Positions 39,402 through 48,691 of a DNA stretch of 64,000 bases are shown here, one piece after another; position 1 is the first letter of the stretch; each line of letters begins with the position of its first letter. Where the stretch lies: assembly GCA_902580135.1 (NCBI GenBank), contig CACHJL010000002.1, forward strand, positions 6,872 to 70,871, in the 5' to 3' direction. The DNA comes from an uncultured Pelagibacteraceae bacterium (GTDB lineage: Bacteria; Pseudomonadota; Alphaproteobacteria; Pelagibacterales; Pelagibacteraceae). Below the pieces are notes generated by a model. That model worked only from the letters and a program-made list of their open reading frames with translations, did no database searches and was not told the origin of the DNA. The position numbers and the translations under genes were made by a program.

Positions 39402-40752
39402 TGAATTTGACTATACTAAACTAAAACATGTAACTTCAGTTGATCAGTCAGATCGCGAAGTTCCATATAACTTAAGACAAAGTGGACCAACAAAAGTTGA
39501 AATGTTAATTTCAACAAGAGTAAGAAAATCTCCTTACTGGCATTTATCAATGCAGGCAGGTTGTTGGAGAGCAACTGTTTATAATCGTATTTACCATCCA
39601 AGAGGATATGTAAAACCAGAAGATGGTGGGGCAATGGTAGAATATGATGCTATTGTAAATCATGTTACCATGTGGAATGTAGCCGTAGAAAGACAAATAA
39701 GAGTTAAAGGACCTGATGCAGAAAAATTTACAGATTATGTAATTACAAGAGATGCAACTAAAATCTCACCTATGAGAGCTAGATATGTAATTTTATGTAA
39801 TGCTTATGGTGGAGTTTTAAATGATCCAATTCTATTAAGAATTTCAAAAGATGAGTTTTGGTTTTCTTTATCAGATTCTGATATTGGAATGTATCTTCAA
39901 GGTGTTAATGCTGATGGAAGATTTGATTGTACTATAGAAGAAATTGATGCTTGCCCTGTGCAAATACAAGGACCTAAATCTAAAGCATTAATGAAAGATC
40001 TTTGTGGTGACCAAGTAGATTTTGATAACATGCCTTTTTATGGACTTGCAGAAGTAAAAGTAGGTGGGAGAAGTTGCGTAATTTCACAATCTGGTTTTTC
40101 TGGAGAAGCTGGATATGAAATATATTTAAGAAATGCAACTTTATATGCAGAAGATATGTGGAATGCTGTACTTGAATCTGGAAAAAAACATAACTTAATG
40201 GTTATAGCTCCTGCTCACCACAGAAGAATCCAAGCTGGAATTTTATCTTGGGGACAAGATATGGACCAACAACATAATCCTTTCCAATGTAACCTTGGTT
40301 ATCAAGTTTCATTGTCAGGTAAAGGTGAGTGGAATAAAAAAGCAGATTATGTAGGCAAAGCCGCATTAGAAAAAATGGGCGCTGATCTAAAAAATGGAAA
40401 AAAACCTTACAAACTTCAACTAGTTGGTCTTGAATTAGGTGGAAAACCTATTGAAGAGTATGCACCTGATTTTTGGTTAGTTTCACCTGAGACCGGTGGA
40501 GATCCAGTAGGTTTTATTACATCTCCTTGGTATCATCCTGAGAAAAAACAAAACATTGCAATGGGTTATGTGCCATTTGATGGAACACTTAATGCAAATG
40601 GATTTCCAAAAGGTAAAGTTGGTACAAAATATAAAGTACATCTACCAGAAAAATACTCTGACACTCCAGGAACACCTGTTGATGCAGTAGTAGTGGAAAT
40701 TCCTTTCAAAGAATCTTTCAACGCGAATACTAGAGAAGTTGTAAAAGGATAA
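39394..40752 (+). CDS. GcvT-family THF-dependent demethylase (DmdA-related)
   Basis: RVRKSPY, VYNR, GGVLNDPILLR, SGFSGEAGYEIY, RRIQAGILSWG. Confidence 0.85.
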   Translation: MSNEFDYTKLKHVTSVDQSDREVPYNLRQSGPTKVEMLISTRVRKSPYWHLSMQAGCWRATVYNRIYHPRGYVKPEDGGAMVEYDAIVNHVTMWNVAVERQIRVKGPDAEKFTDYVITRDATKISPMRARYVILCNAYGGVLNDPILLRISKDEFWFSLSDSDIGMYLQGVNADGRFDCTIEEIDACPVQIQGPKSKALMKDLCGDQVDFDNMPFYGLAEVKVGGRSCVISQSGFSGEAGYEIYLRNATLYAEDMWNAVLESGKKHNLMVIAPAHHRRIQAGILSWGQDMDQQHNPFQCNLGYQVSLSGKGEWNKKADYVGKAALEKMGADLKNGKKPYKLQLVGLELGGKPIEEYAPDFWLVSPETGGDPVGFITSPWYHPEKKQNIAMGYVPFDGTLNANGFPKGKVGTKYKVHLPEKYSDTPGTPVDAVVVEIPFKESFNANTREVVKG

Positions 40753-40760
40753 AAAATTTG

Positions 40761-40786
40761 TAGGGGGAATTTAACTATTCCCCCTA
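40761..40786. terminator. terminator-like hairpin
   Basis: tagggggaat…attcccccta directly after the GcvT gene. Confidence 0.7.
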
Positions 40787-40884
40787 AATAACTATAAAAT
40801 TTTCATATTTAAAGCTTTATAATCATTGCTGTTGATTTAAAAAGTTTTACAATTAATGTTAAATTAGAATTAAAATAACAAATA

Positions 40885-41430
40885 ATGTTTGCTCAATTTT
40901 TAGATATAATTTTTAAATCAATTAAATTAGATAAAAATTTATATAAAAATCCAAAATACTTTGGCGAAGCTGCAATTTATTTTGCAGGTTTGATTATGAT
41001 CTTAGATGGTATTGCTGGTGCCATAGCTGCAAATACTATGGTCAAAGCTTCAATTGGTGTATCAGGATTAACAGCTATTTTAACTTGGTTTGTTTGGACA
41101 GTTTTTATCTACGTTATTGGAGTAAAAATATTTCCCGATAAAGAAAATAAAATTCCATTTAAGAAAGTTTTGATTGCAGTTGGATATGCTCACTCACCTG
41201 GTCTCTTAAGGTTTTTTGCCGTCACGCCAGATCTTGTTCTTTTAATTGTATTCCTTACACAATTTTGGATTTTTGCTTCTTTAATTATATCTGTCAAACA
41301 TACTTTAAATATACAATCTAGTTTTAAAGCTTCAGGTATTGTATTTTTATCTTTTCTAATAATTGCTTTTCTATCTGTTGCTTTTATTATGTCTAGAATG
41401 GATGCTTTGCCTGTTAGCAATATTAGTTAA
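40885..41430 (+). CDS. YIP1-like membrane protein
   Basis: Five TM segments; GYAHSPGLLR. Confidence 0.6.
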   Translation: MFAQFLDIIFKSIKLDKNLYKNPKYFGEAAIYFAGLIMILDGIAGAIAANTMVKASIGVSGLTAILTWFVWTVFIYVIGVKIFPDKENKIPFKKVLIAVGYAHSPGLLRFFAVTPDLVLLIVFLTQFWIFASLIISVKHTLNIQSSFKASGIVFLSFLIIAFLSVAFIMSRMDALPVSNIS

Positions 41431-41594
41431 ATTGGAAATATAGTTTTTGAAACTCTACATGATTTGCAAATTTTAAATCCAGTAAGTATTAAATTTTGAC
41501 TTACGCTTTCATGGTCTTTTCTGCACTCTTCACATTTATTATTAAATTCTTCTAAATCTTTTTGATTTAATTCTTTAGACTCATCTTTAATCAT
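41427..41594 (-). CDS. unannotated 55-aa CxxC…CxxC zinc-finger-like microprotein
   Basis: Hand translation MIKDESKELNQKDLEEFNNKCEECRKDHESVSQNLILTGFKICKSCRVSKTIFPI; start overlaps the upstream stop by 8 nt. Confidence 0.7.
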   Translation of the reverse strand: MIKDESKELNQKDLEEFNNKCEECRKDHESVSQNLILTGFKICKSCRVSKTIFPI

Positions 41595-42195
41595 TATCTG
41601 TTAAGCCCGCTCCGGCTCCTTTTTGCTTCAATTCTTCTGTTTCTTCAACAAATGTATCTTCAGAAATTTTATATAACTCTGACCATTCGTTCTCTGAAAA
41701 TGAATTAGTATTTTCTAAAAATTGTAAATTGATTTTTTCTGATTTTTCCACAATGTCTCCACTTAGATAATTTGAGTAAATTGATTGATTATAATTAAAT
41801 AAAAATTCTTTATTATCCACTTTTAAAAAAATTCTTTTACCTGCTATTTCTGATGTTCTGCTTACAAAAGGTATAAATAACAAAGGAAAAGCTAAATTAT
41901 TTATTTCTATCTGTTTAAGTTCTGAGATACTTGAAGATTGATCAAAAAAATTAACTCCAGCTATTATTGGACAATAGAATTTTTTAGAAATATTAGATCT
42001 TGAATAAATATTAATGTTTTCAAAACTATCTTTATTATAAATTTTAAAATATTGATTAATATTTTTAATTCCAGGAAGACCAAACATTTCAAGCAATCTA
42101 GTATTTTTTCCTACCTCTTCAGCAATTCCCCATGAAAATCCCATCGACTTTGTTGCTCTTTTTACTGTAGTTTCAATCTCGCTAAAGCTAATCAT
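41587..42195 (-). CDS. DUF3726-like protein
   Basis: SFSEI…KRATKSMGFSWGIAEE; C-terminal GAGAGLTDND. Confidence 0.7.
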   Translation of the reverse strand: MISFSEIETTVKRATKSMGFSWGIAEEVGKNTRLLEMFGLPGIKNINQYFKIYNKDSFENINIYSRSNISKKFYCPIIAGVNFFDQSSSISELKQIEINNLAFPLLFIPFVSRTSEIAGKRIFLKVDNKEFLFNYNQSIYSNYLSGDIVEKSEKINLQFLENTNSFSENEWSELYKISEDTFVEETEELKQKGAGAGLTDND

Positions 42196-43856
42196 TAATT
42201 TAAGGAACTATATACCCAATGGTTGTCAAACGATTTTAAATCTGTTGGAAGTGGAGCGCCTTGAAACATACAAATTCTTAACCATTTGTCAGATCTAGGA
42301 TCAAATTTAATTGCTCCAAAAAAAGATAGTTTTAATCTCAGCATATCAATAGGCATTAATTTTGAGCCAATAGTATTGTCTTGTATTTCTGCGTAAGGAA
42401 ATTTTTCTGTTATAAAAGCTCTTCTTACTACATGTCTTAGATCATTATTATTCGTTAAAAACTTTCCAATTTTCAAACTATTTTTTTGTGTAAAAATTGC
42501 TTCATAAAGTTTTTTTATATCTCTTGCTATAGCTAAAGGCTGTTCTAAAATTGATCCATCCATTTCATATCTATTAGCCATTCGAGGTTCTTCTTTATTC
42601 TTTGAAATAAACCAAAAATTTTGATTATTTTCCTTTTTTTTAAAGTCTATTTTTAATATTTCAGAATATTTACTTTCTAAAATATTTCTTAATTCTTCGA
42701 TTGTTCTGTCTATCGGTATATTAAAGTGTTGGTCTTCATCTGAACTCATTTTATTAACTAAGGGACTTATTATTTCATCATAAGGTTCCATCATCATTGA
42801 AACAATATATTCTATACATTCATCGCTTACATTTTCTTCAGCCCACATATAAATTTTATTAAAAGGAAAAGTATTTTCAAAACTAAAATCCTGATTTAGA
42901 AATTTTATAAATTTTTCTAAGTCTTCAGTTAATTTTTTTATTTTTTTATTTTGAAATTCACTATCAGTATTCCAGTTTGTTACATTTATTAAAGATTTGA
43001 CCAAGCAATTTTTAAAAATATTTAATTCTTGCTCAGATGCTTTTTCAATTTCTCTTATTTTTTTTAAAGCAGTCTCACGAGCTAATATCCAATTATTTAA
43101 AAGTATAGGATGATTAACAATAAATGGCGCCATACCTAATCCAGTAGAATTTCCAATTCCAAGATTTCTACAAATATTTGGATCTAGTTCTACGGCAGTG
43201 TTTGGATTTTTATGTCTTGCTATATGATTTACTTGATCGAACGTAAACTGTCTAACCAAATAAACTAACATCATCTCTAATCTAAACGGTCCATAAATTT
43301 CTTCTCTATTTTTTATTCTAAATCTATCTGCTAATCCAAATTTACCTGATCCATAAACTGCGGTCGTTCTATATAAGTATCCAACTTTTGATAAAAGTTC
43401 TGTATTAGGTTGATTTCCTTTTGATAAACTTTCAACAACGTGGTTAAATATTCTAAGTGATTTATTGGCTCTAGAAAGTGTCAATTCTTTATATGATAAT
43501 CTACCCACCTCTTGTTTTGGAACGTTACGAGCTAATCTATCTAAATCTCCTTTAGTAGGAACTCCATCATGCAATGTAAACGCAGCATCCCATTTTGTTG
43601 CTATAACTCTATCAGATCTTTCCTCATCACTTATTTCATTAGCAAAACAAACAAGAGAGTACGTTCTATTTTTTTTAGAAAAAGAATAGACTGCTCTACC
43701 ATGTCCTTTTTCATTTAGTTCAAATAAATCTTTTTTATATTCCCAATCTTTAAACTCATTTAGGAAAGATCTCAAAAAAGATAGTTTTGATTGATGAAAT
43801 GAACCCAGTTTAGATAATTTCATTAAATATTTAGGGTCTCTAAGTTCAATATTCAC
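42195..43856 (-). CDS. hypothetical protein (553 aa)
   Basis: Long coupled ORF with enzyme-like motifs RTTAVYGSGKFG, GIGNSTGLGMAPF; function not recognised. Confidence 0.8.
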   Translation of the reverse strand: MNIELRDPKYLMKLSKLGSFHQSKLSFLRSFLNEFKDWEYKKDLFELNEKGHGRAVYSFSKKNRTYSLVCFANEISDEERSDRVIATKWDAAFTLHDGVPTKGDLDRLARNVPKQEVGRLSYKELTLSRANKSLRIFNHVVESLSKGNQPNTELLSKVGYLYRTTAVYGSGKFGLADRFRIKNREEIYGPFRLEMMLVYLVRQFTFDQVNHIARHKNPNTAVELDPNICRNLGIGNSTGLGMAPFIVNHPILLNNWILARETALKKIREIEKASEQELNIFKNCLVKSLINVTNWNTDSEFQNKKIKKLTEDLEKFIKFLNQDFSFENTFPFNKIYMWAEENVSDECIEYIVSMMMEPYDEIISPLVNKMSSDEDQHFNIPIDRTIEELRNILESKYSEILKIDFKKKENNQNFWFISKNKEEPRMANRYEMDGSILEQPLAIARDIKKLYEAIFTQKNSLKIGKFLTNNNDLRHVVRRAFITEKFPYAEIQDNTIGSKLMPIDMLRLKLSFFGAIKFDPRSDKWLRICMFQGAPLPTDLKSFDNHWVYSSLN

Positions 43857-44824
43857 TAATTTATTCCTTTATAAAAGTTAAACCAATTGTTTCCTAGAAT
43901 ATCATTTACTTCTTCCATATTAAATCCAATTTTTTTTAAACCTATCTCTAAGGAACTAAAACCTCTTGCATCAATAAACCACTCAGGTTGTTTTGGAAAA
44001 CCTGGCTTATCTTTACTTCCTTCTCCGTAATTTTTTGCTTTTGTCCAAGTTCCATTTCTCATCCATTCTACAACACTGTCTGGTTGATTAAGGCATAAGT
44101 CAGATCCAATTCCAATATTCTTTACTCCAATTAAGTCAGCTGTTTTTGCAACCATTTCACAAAAATTTTCTAATTTACAATTTGAGCTATCTTTTAAATG
44201 ATGAGCATATAATGATAGGCCGAGCATACCACCACTTTCAGACAAGTTTTTTAAAAGTCTATCTGATTTATTTCTTTTAGCCTCGTACCAAAAAGATGGA
44301 TTTGCATGTGTAATGGCTATTGGTTTTTGACTCAACTCTATTGCGTCTAATGTACTTTTTTCTGCTGAATGAGACATGTCAATAACTATACCAACTCTGT
44401 TCATTTCCTTAATGACTTCTTTCCCAAAGTTAGTTACACCACTATCAACTTTCTCATAACACCCTGTTGCTAGTAGTGATTGATTATTATAAGTAAGTTG
44501 CATAAATCTACATCCAAGTTCATGAACTTTTTCTACAAGCCTTATATCATCTTCTATTGGTGAACAATTTTGAAAACCAAAAAAAATAGCTGTTTTTTTT
44601 TCTAACTTTGCTTTTTCAATATCTTTAATATCTTTTCCCAAAAAGATCAAATCAGAATTATTTTTAAATAATTCATTCCATTCTGAAACTCTTGTTAAAA
44701 ATTCATCATAATCCTCATGGTATACAACAGTAACATGAACTGCATCTAATCCAGCTTCTCGATTTATTTCAAAAATTTCTCTAGACCATTTGCAATACTG
44801 AAGATTATCTATTCGGTAATTCAT
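43856..44824 (-). CDS. membrane dipeptidase (M19 amidohydrolase)
   Basis: MQLTYN, IDMSHS, ITHAN, IGIGSD, ILGNNW. Confidence 0.9.
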   Translation of the reverse strand: MNYRIDNLQYCKWSREIFEINREAGLDAVHVTVVYHEDYDEFLTRVSEWNELFKNNSDLIFLGKDIKDIEKAKLEKKTAIFFGFQNCSPIEDDIRLVEKVHELGCRFMQLTYNNQSLLATGCYEKVDSGVTNFGKEVIKEMNRVGIVIDMSHSAEKSTLDAIELSQKPIAITHANPSFWYEAKRNKSDRLLKNLSESGGMLGLSLYAHHLKDSSNCKLENFCEMVAKTADLIGVKNIGIGSDLCLNQPDSVVEWMRNGTWTKAKNYGEGSKDKPGFPKQPEWFIDARGFSSLEIGLKKIGFNMEEVNDILGNNWFNFYKGIN

Positions 44825-44984
44825 AAATTAATTAAAATATAATTATTATAATATTTGTCGATAACTTAATATGTCTCTAAGTTATATGTTTATTTATATA
44901 AAATTAAGATTTATCGTGAATTATATTGAAATTTAGTGGCATTTTTAATAAATATTAAAATGGTAATTCTTCAAAAATATCTAA

Positions 44985-45479
44985 ATGAAAAACACTAAAA
45001 GTATAAGAAAAGTTTCAATTATCATGGGCAGTCAATCAGACTATACAACAATGAAATATTGCGAGAATGTACTGAAAATTCTAAAAATCAAATTTGAAAT
45101 AAAAATCATTTCGGCGCATAGAACTCCTAAAAGAATGTTTGAATATGCAAAAAATGCTGAAAAAAATAATATCTCAGTGATTATAGCTGGTGCTGGTGGA
45201 TCGGCACACTTACCCGGAATGGTTGCTGCTATTACTAGAATTCCAGTAATTGGAGTTCCAATTGAAAGTAAAAAGTTAAAAGGACTGGATAGTTTATTGT
45301 CAATAGCACAAATGCCAAAAGGAATACCTGTTGGAACTGTAGCTATTGGAAAAAATGGCGCTATTAATGCAGGATTATTTGCAGCATCTATTATTTCTAA
45401 TTTTGATAAAAAAATTAAAACTAATTTAGAAAATTGGAGAGCAAAACAAACAAAATCTGTAAAAAGAAAACCAAAATAA
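44985..45479 (+). CDS. purE: N5-CAIR mutase
   Basis: [24 protein letters not shown]. Confidence 0.96.
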   Translation: MKNTKSIRKVSIIMGSQSDYTTMKYCENVLKILKIKFEIKIISAHRTPKRMFEYAKNAEKNNISVIIAGAGGSAHLPGMVAAITRIPVIGVPIESKKLKGLDSLLSIAQMPKGIPVGTVAIGKNGAINAGLFAASIISNFDKKIKTNLENWRAKQTKSVKRKPK

Positions 45480-46523
45480 ATGTCTACGCCTAAACTTGGA
45501 ATAATTGGCGGAGGACAATTAGGAAGCTTACTATCAGAAGCTGCAAAGTCATTAAGTGTTGAGACTGTAATACTTACTGACGATATAAATGCTCCAGCAA
45601 AAAATTTCACAGAGAATTTTATTAGTGGAAATTATGAGGACGAAAACTTAATAAATGAATTTATCAATAAAGTTGATTTAGTTACGTTTGAATTTGAAAA
45701 TATTCCATATAAAATTTTAAAAAATATAAATAACCTTAAGCCTGTGTTGCCAAATCCTGAAATAAATAAGTTAATTCAAAATAGATACACAGAAAAAGAT
45801 TTTTTAAATAAAATTGATATAAGAACTACACAATATACTTTAATAAAAAATAAAGATGAAATTAAGTTAAATGAAAATTTAATTCCTGGGATATTAAAAA
45901 CTTGCACTCTTGGCTACGATGGAAAAGGACAATTTAAAATTAATTCAATAGAGGAAATTGATAAAAATATTAATTTTAATAATGAATATATTTTAGAAAA
46001 AATAATTAACTTAAAACAAGAAGTATCAATTATTATTACAAGATTTGGTCATCAAAAATATGAAGTATACGAACCAATAGAAAATGTTCATGAGGATCAA
46101 ATTTTAAAGCATTCAAAAATTCCAGCAAATATTTCTGGCTCTTTAAAAGACAAATCTATAGATTGGGCAAAAAAAATAGTTGAAGATTTAGACTATATTG
46201 GAACTTTATGTGTAGAATTTTTTGTAGATAAAAATAATAACTTGTATGTTAATGAAATTGCACCGAGAGTTCATAATTCTGGTCACTTAACCATTAATAC
46301 TCACAATATTAGTCAATTTGAAAATCATATTAGGGCGGTTTGTGGGCTCGAAAAAATAGAAACAAAAAAAATATATAATGGCAAAATGCTTAATCTTATA
46401 GGAAATGATATATCACATTATAGAGGTAAAACTTTTGCTGATAATGAATTTTTTTATGATTATCTAAAAACTGAAATTCGTGACAAAAGAAAAATGGGAC
46501 ACCTAACAACTATTGAGAAGTAG
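45480..46523 (+). CDS. purK: N5-CAIR synthetase
   Basis: GGGQLG, GYDGKGQ, NEIAPRVHNSGH. Confidence 0.96.
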   Translation: MSTPKLGIIGGGQLGSLLSEAAKSLSVETVILTDDINAPAKNFTENFISGNYEDENLINEFINKVDLVTFEFENIPYKILKNINNLKPVLPNPEINKLIQNRYTEKDFLNKIDIRTTQYTLIKNKDEIKLNENLIPGILKTCTLGYDGKGQFKINSIEEIDKNINFNNEYILEKIINLKQEVSIIITRFGHQKYEVYEPIENVHEDQILKHSKIPANISGSLKDKSIDWAKKIVEDLDYIGTLCVEFFVDKNNNLYVNEIAPRVHNSGHLTINTHNISQFENHIRAVCGLEKIETKKIYNGKMLNLIGNDISHYRGKTFADNEFFYDYLKTEIRDKRKMGHLTTIEK

Positions 46524-47144
46524 TTATATCTGTTGAATTAATGAAATACTATTATTGGTTGGCTTATTCACTTCTTTTGATACTTCATAAAAACTAAGTT
46601 TTGTTTTTTTACATTCATTTAAAAAGTTAGAACCAGATAATTCCAAGTTTAAATATCTATTAACATCAGCTTCATTCAAAATTACTGGTTGTCTATGATG
46701 AATAATATTAACATTTTCACTTGCATTTTCAGTTATTAAACAAAATTCATCATTCTCATATATTCCTGCCATATACATGTTTTTCTTATCTTCTCTTAAA
46801 AAATAATATGGAGTTTTAACTTTTTCTTCTCTTTTCCATTCATAAAAACCATCGGCTATAGCCACACACCGATGAAGTTTAATTAATTTTTTAAAAGATA
46901 TTTTTTCATCAATAGTTTCTAATCTTGCATTAATAAGTGGTTTAAAATCTTTCTTTTTTGACCAGCTGGGCACTATCCCCCACTTTAGACTTTCTAAAGT
47001 ATTTCCGTTTTTATACTTCTTTATAACTGGAAGTTTTTGATATGGATGGGCATTATAATTCTCTTTATCCTCAACCTGGATTGCAGATTTAACAATCTTA
47101 TTTGTCTTTGTTACAGGATTGGTAACTACATATCTTCCACACAT
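46524..47144 (-). CDS. SOS response-associated peptidase (SRAP/YedK) abasic-site-protecting protein
   Basis: MCGRY start, INARLET, DGFYEW, IHHRQP. Confidence 0.92.
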   Translation of the reverse strand: MCGRYVVTNPVTKTNKIVKSAIQVEDKENYNAHPYQKLPVIKKYKNGNTLESLKWGIVPSWSKKKDFKPLINARLETIDEKISFKKLIKLHRCVAIADGFYEWKREEKVKTPYYFLREDKKNMYMAGIYENDEFCLITENASENVNIIHHRQPVILNEADVNRYLNLELSGSNFLNECKKTKLSFYEVSKEVNKPTNNSISLIQQI

Positions 47145-47203
47145 AATTTAATTAGTTATTGGCTAAATTTTATTTTAGATTAGATTATATGTTTTTAATA
47201 ATT

Positions 47204-47659
47204 ATGAAATCAATAGAAAATAACTTTGATGAACCTCAGGTAAACGAACTTTTGACAAAACATTTTGTTGAATTAAGATCAGTTTCGCCTGAAGGTAGTA
47301 CCCATGTTTTAGATATTCCTGGCTTAAAAGATCCAACTATAAGATTTTGGAGTTTGTGGGATGGTGAAAATTTAGTTGGTTGTGGTGCTTTGAAAATGTT
47401 GGAGAAAGATCATGGTGAATTTAAGTCTATAAGAGTTGCAGATAAATTTAGAAAAAATGGAATGGGTGAAAAAATAATATCACATCTAATTGACCAAGCT
47501 AAACAGATAGGTATCAAAAAACTTAGTACTGAAACAGGTGCAGGAGAATTTTTTGCCCCAGCTAGAAAATTATTTAAAAAGTTTGGATTTCAGAAATGTG
47601 AACCTTTTGCTCATTACAAAGAAGACCCAAATTCTTGTTATTATAATTTAAATATTTAG
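47204..47659 (+). CDS. GNAT acetyltransferase
   Basis: SPEGSTHVLD, GCGALK, GEFKSIR, STETG; start probably 47204. Confidence 0.85.
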   Translation: MKSIENNFDEPQVNELLTKHFVELRSVSPEGSTHVLDIPGLKDPTIRFWSLWDGENLVGCGALKMLEKDHGEFKSIRVADKFRKNGMGEKIISHLIDQAKQIGIKKLSTETGAGEFFAPARKLFKKFGFQKCEPFAHYKEDPNSCYYNLNI

Positions 47660-47666
47660 TAAAATA

Positions 47667-48107
47667 GTGAAGAAAGACAAAACAAGACCTTTTGTACTTT
47701 ATGTTGCAGAAGTAATTTATCTAAAGGTATCTGAAATTAAAAAACAAAACCCGGGAATCACAAATATAGAAGCTATAGAAAGATTTATAGGCACTGATGT
47801 ATTTAAAGAAATTAGCAGTGGTGAATTTCATGATAAATGGTTTCAACATTTAAAAAAAAATAATTTTATCGATAAAAGCTCTGGTAAAAAAATACCCTCA
47901 GAAACTATTAGACTTTTAGTAATTCAAAAGGATACTATGATACGTCAATTAATAAATTACCCAAGTTTATATTATGCAAAAAGTTTTTATCCTCTTGAAC
48001 TTTCACAGAGAGCCTTTAATCATTTGTGGAGAATTTGTGAAAGTTATGAACTTTGGTGTAATGAAGTTGGTAATAAAAATAAAATATTACTTAATTTATT
48101 TGATTAA
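47667..48107 (+). CDS. hypothetical protein
   Basis: 146-aa ORF filling the gap; GTG start. Confidence 0.6.
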   Translation: MKKDKTRPFVLYVAEVIYLKVSEIKKQNPGITNIEAIERFIGTDVFKEISSGEFHDKWFQHLKKNNFIDKSSGKKIPSETIRLLVIQKDTMIRQLINYPSLYYAKSFYPLELSQRAFNHLWRICESYELWCNEVGNKNKILLNLFD

Positions 48108-48691
48108 TAAGCCTTAAATCCAAATTCTAATGATGCATCGGTTATTGAATGATATAAAGACTCTCCAAAACTTCTAAGAGTAAATAACCTTATTTTATTT
48201 GGATTATCATCAAGCATATCTACTGTAAAAGCTATGCCATTGTACGTTGAGTTAACTGAGTTATTTTTCTCTAAAATATTAAAATTAAAAGGACATCCTT
48301 TTTTTAAAACTTCTTTAACATTTTGCCCTTCTAATTCGATTATAGCTCTTGAATGAGATAAATCAGTTACAGCAAAGTCCGTTTCTCTAAAAGATTCAGA
48401 AATATTTTTAAGTAAATCTTTTTTTGTTGATACTAAAAGCCAATTTTTTGGGCCATTCCATAATATTCTTGTATCAGAATTGCTAACTACACTTAATGGT
48501 TCATTTTTTAATTTTAAACCATCAATATCAATGCCTTCAAATGAAACTGCAGAATTTTTATACTGAACTATTTGAACAATAAGTAAATTTTTAATTTCAG
48601 AAACTTTTAGTAAACTTTCTTCATTTTTATTTTCGTGATTTCCAAAAAGACCTGATTTATGAATATGATTTAATGCTGATACTGACGTCAC
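48104..48691 (-). CDS. soxG: heterotetrameric sarcosine oxidase gamma subunit
   Basis: GPKNWL, DLSHSR, RSFGESL; operon position. Confidence 0.85.
   Translation of the reverse strand: MTSVSALNHIHKSGLFGNHENKNEESLLKVSEIKNLLIVQIVQYKNSAVSFEGIDIDGLKLKNEPLSVVSNSDTRILWNGPKNWLLVSTKKDLLKNISESFRETDFAVTDLSHSRAIIELEGQNVKEVLKKGCPFNFNILEKNNSVNSTYNGIAFTVDMLDDNPNKIRLFTLRSFGESLYHSITDASLEFGFKAY

Noticed and set aside
39394-40752. Calling this gene dmdA
   Set aside because: DmdA-related motifs, but it is longer (452 aa) and its specificity cannot be determined by eye
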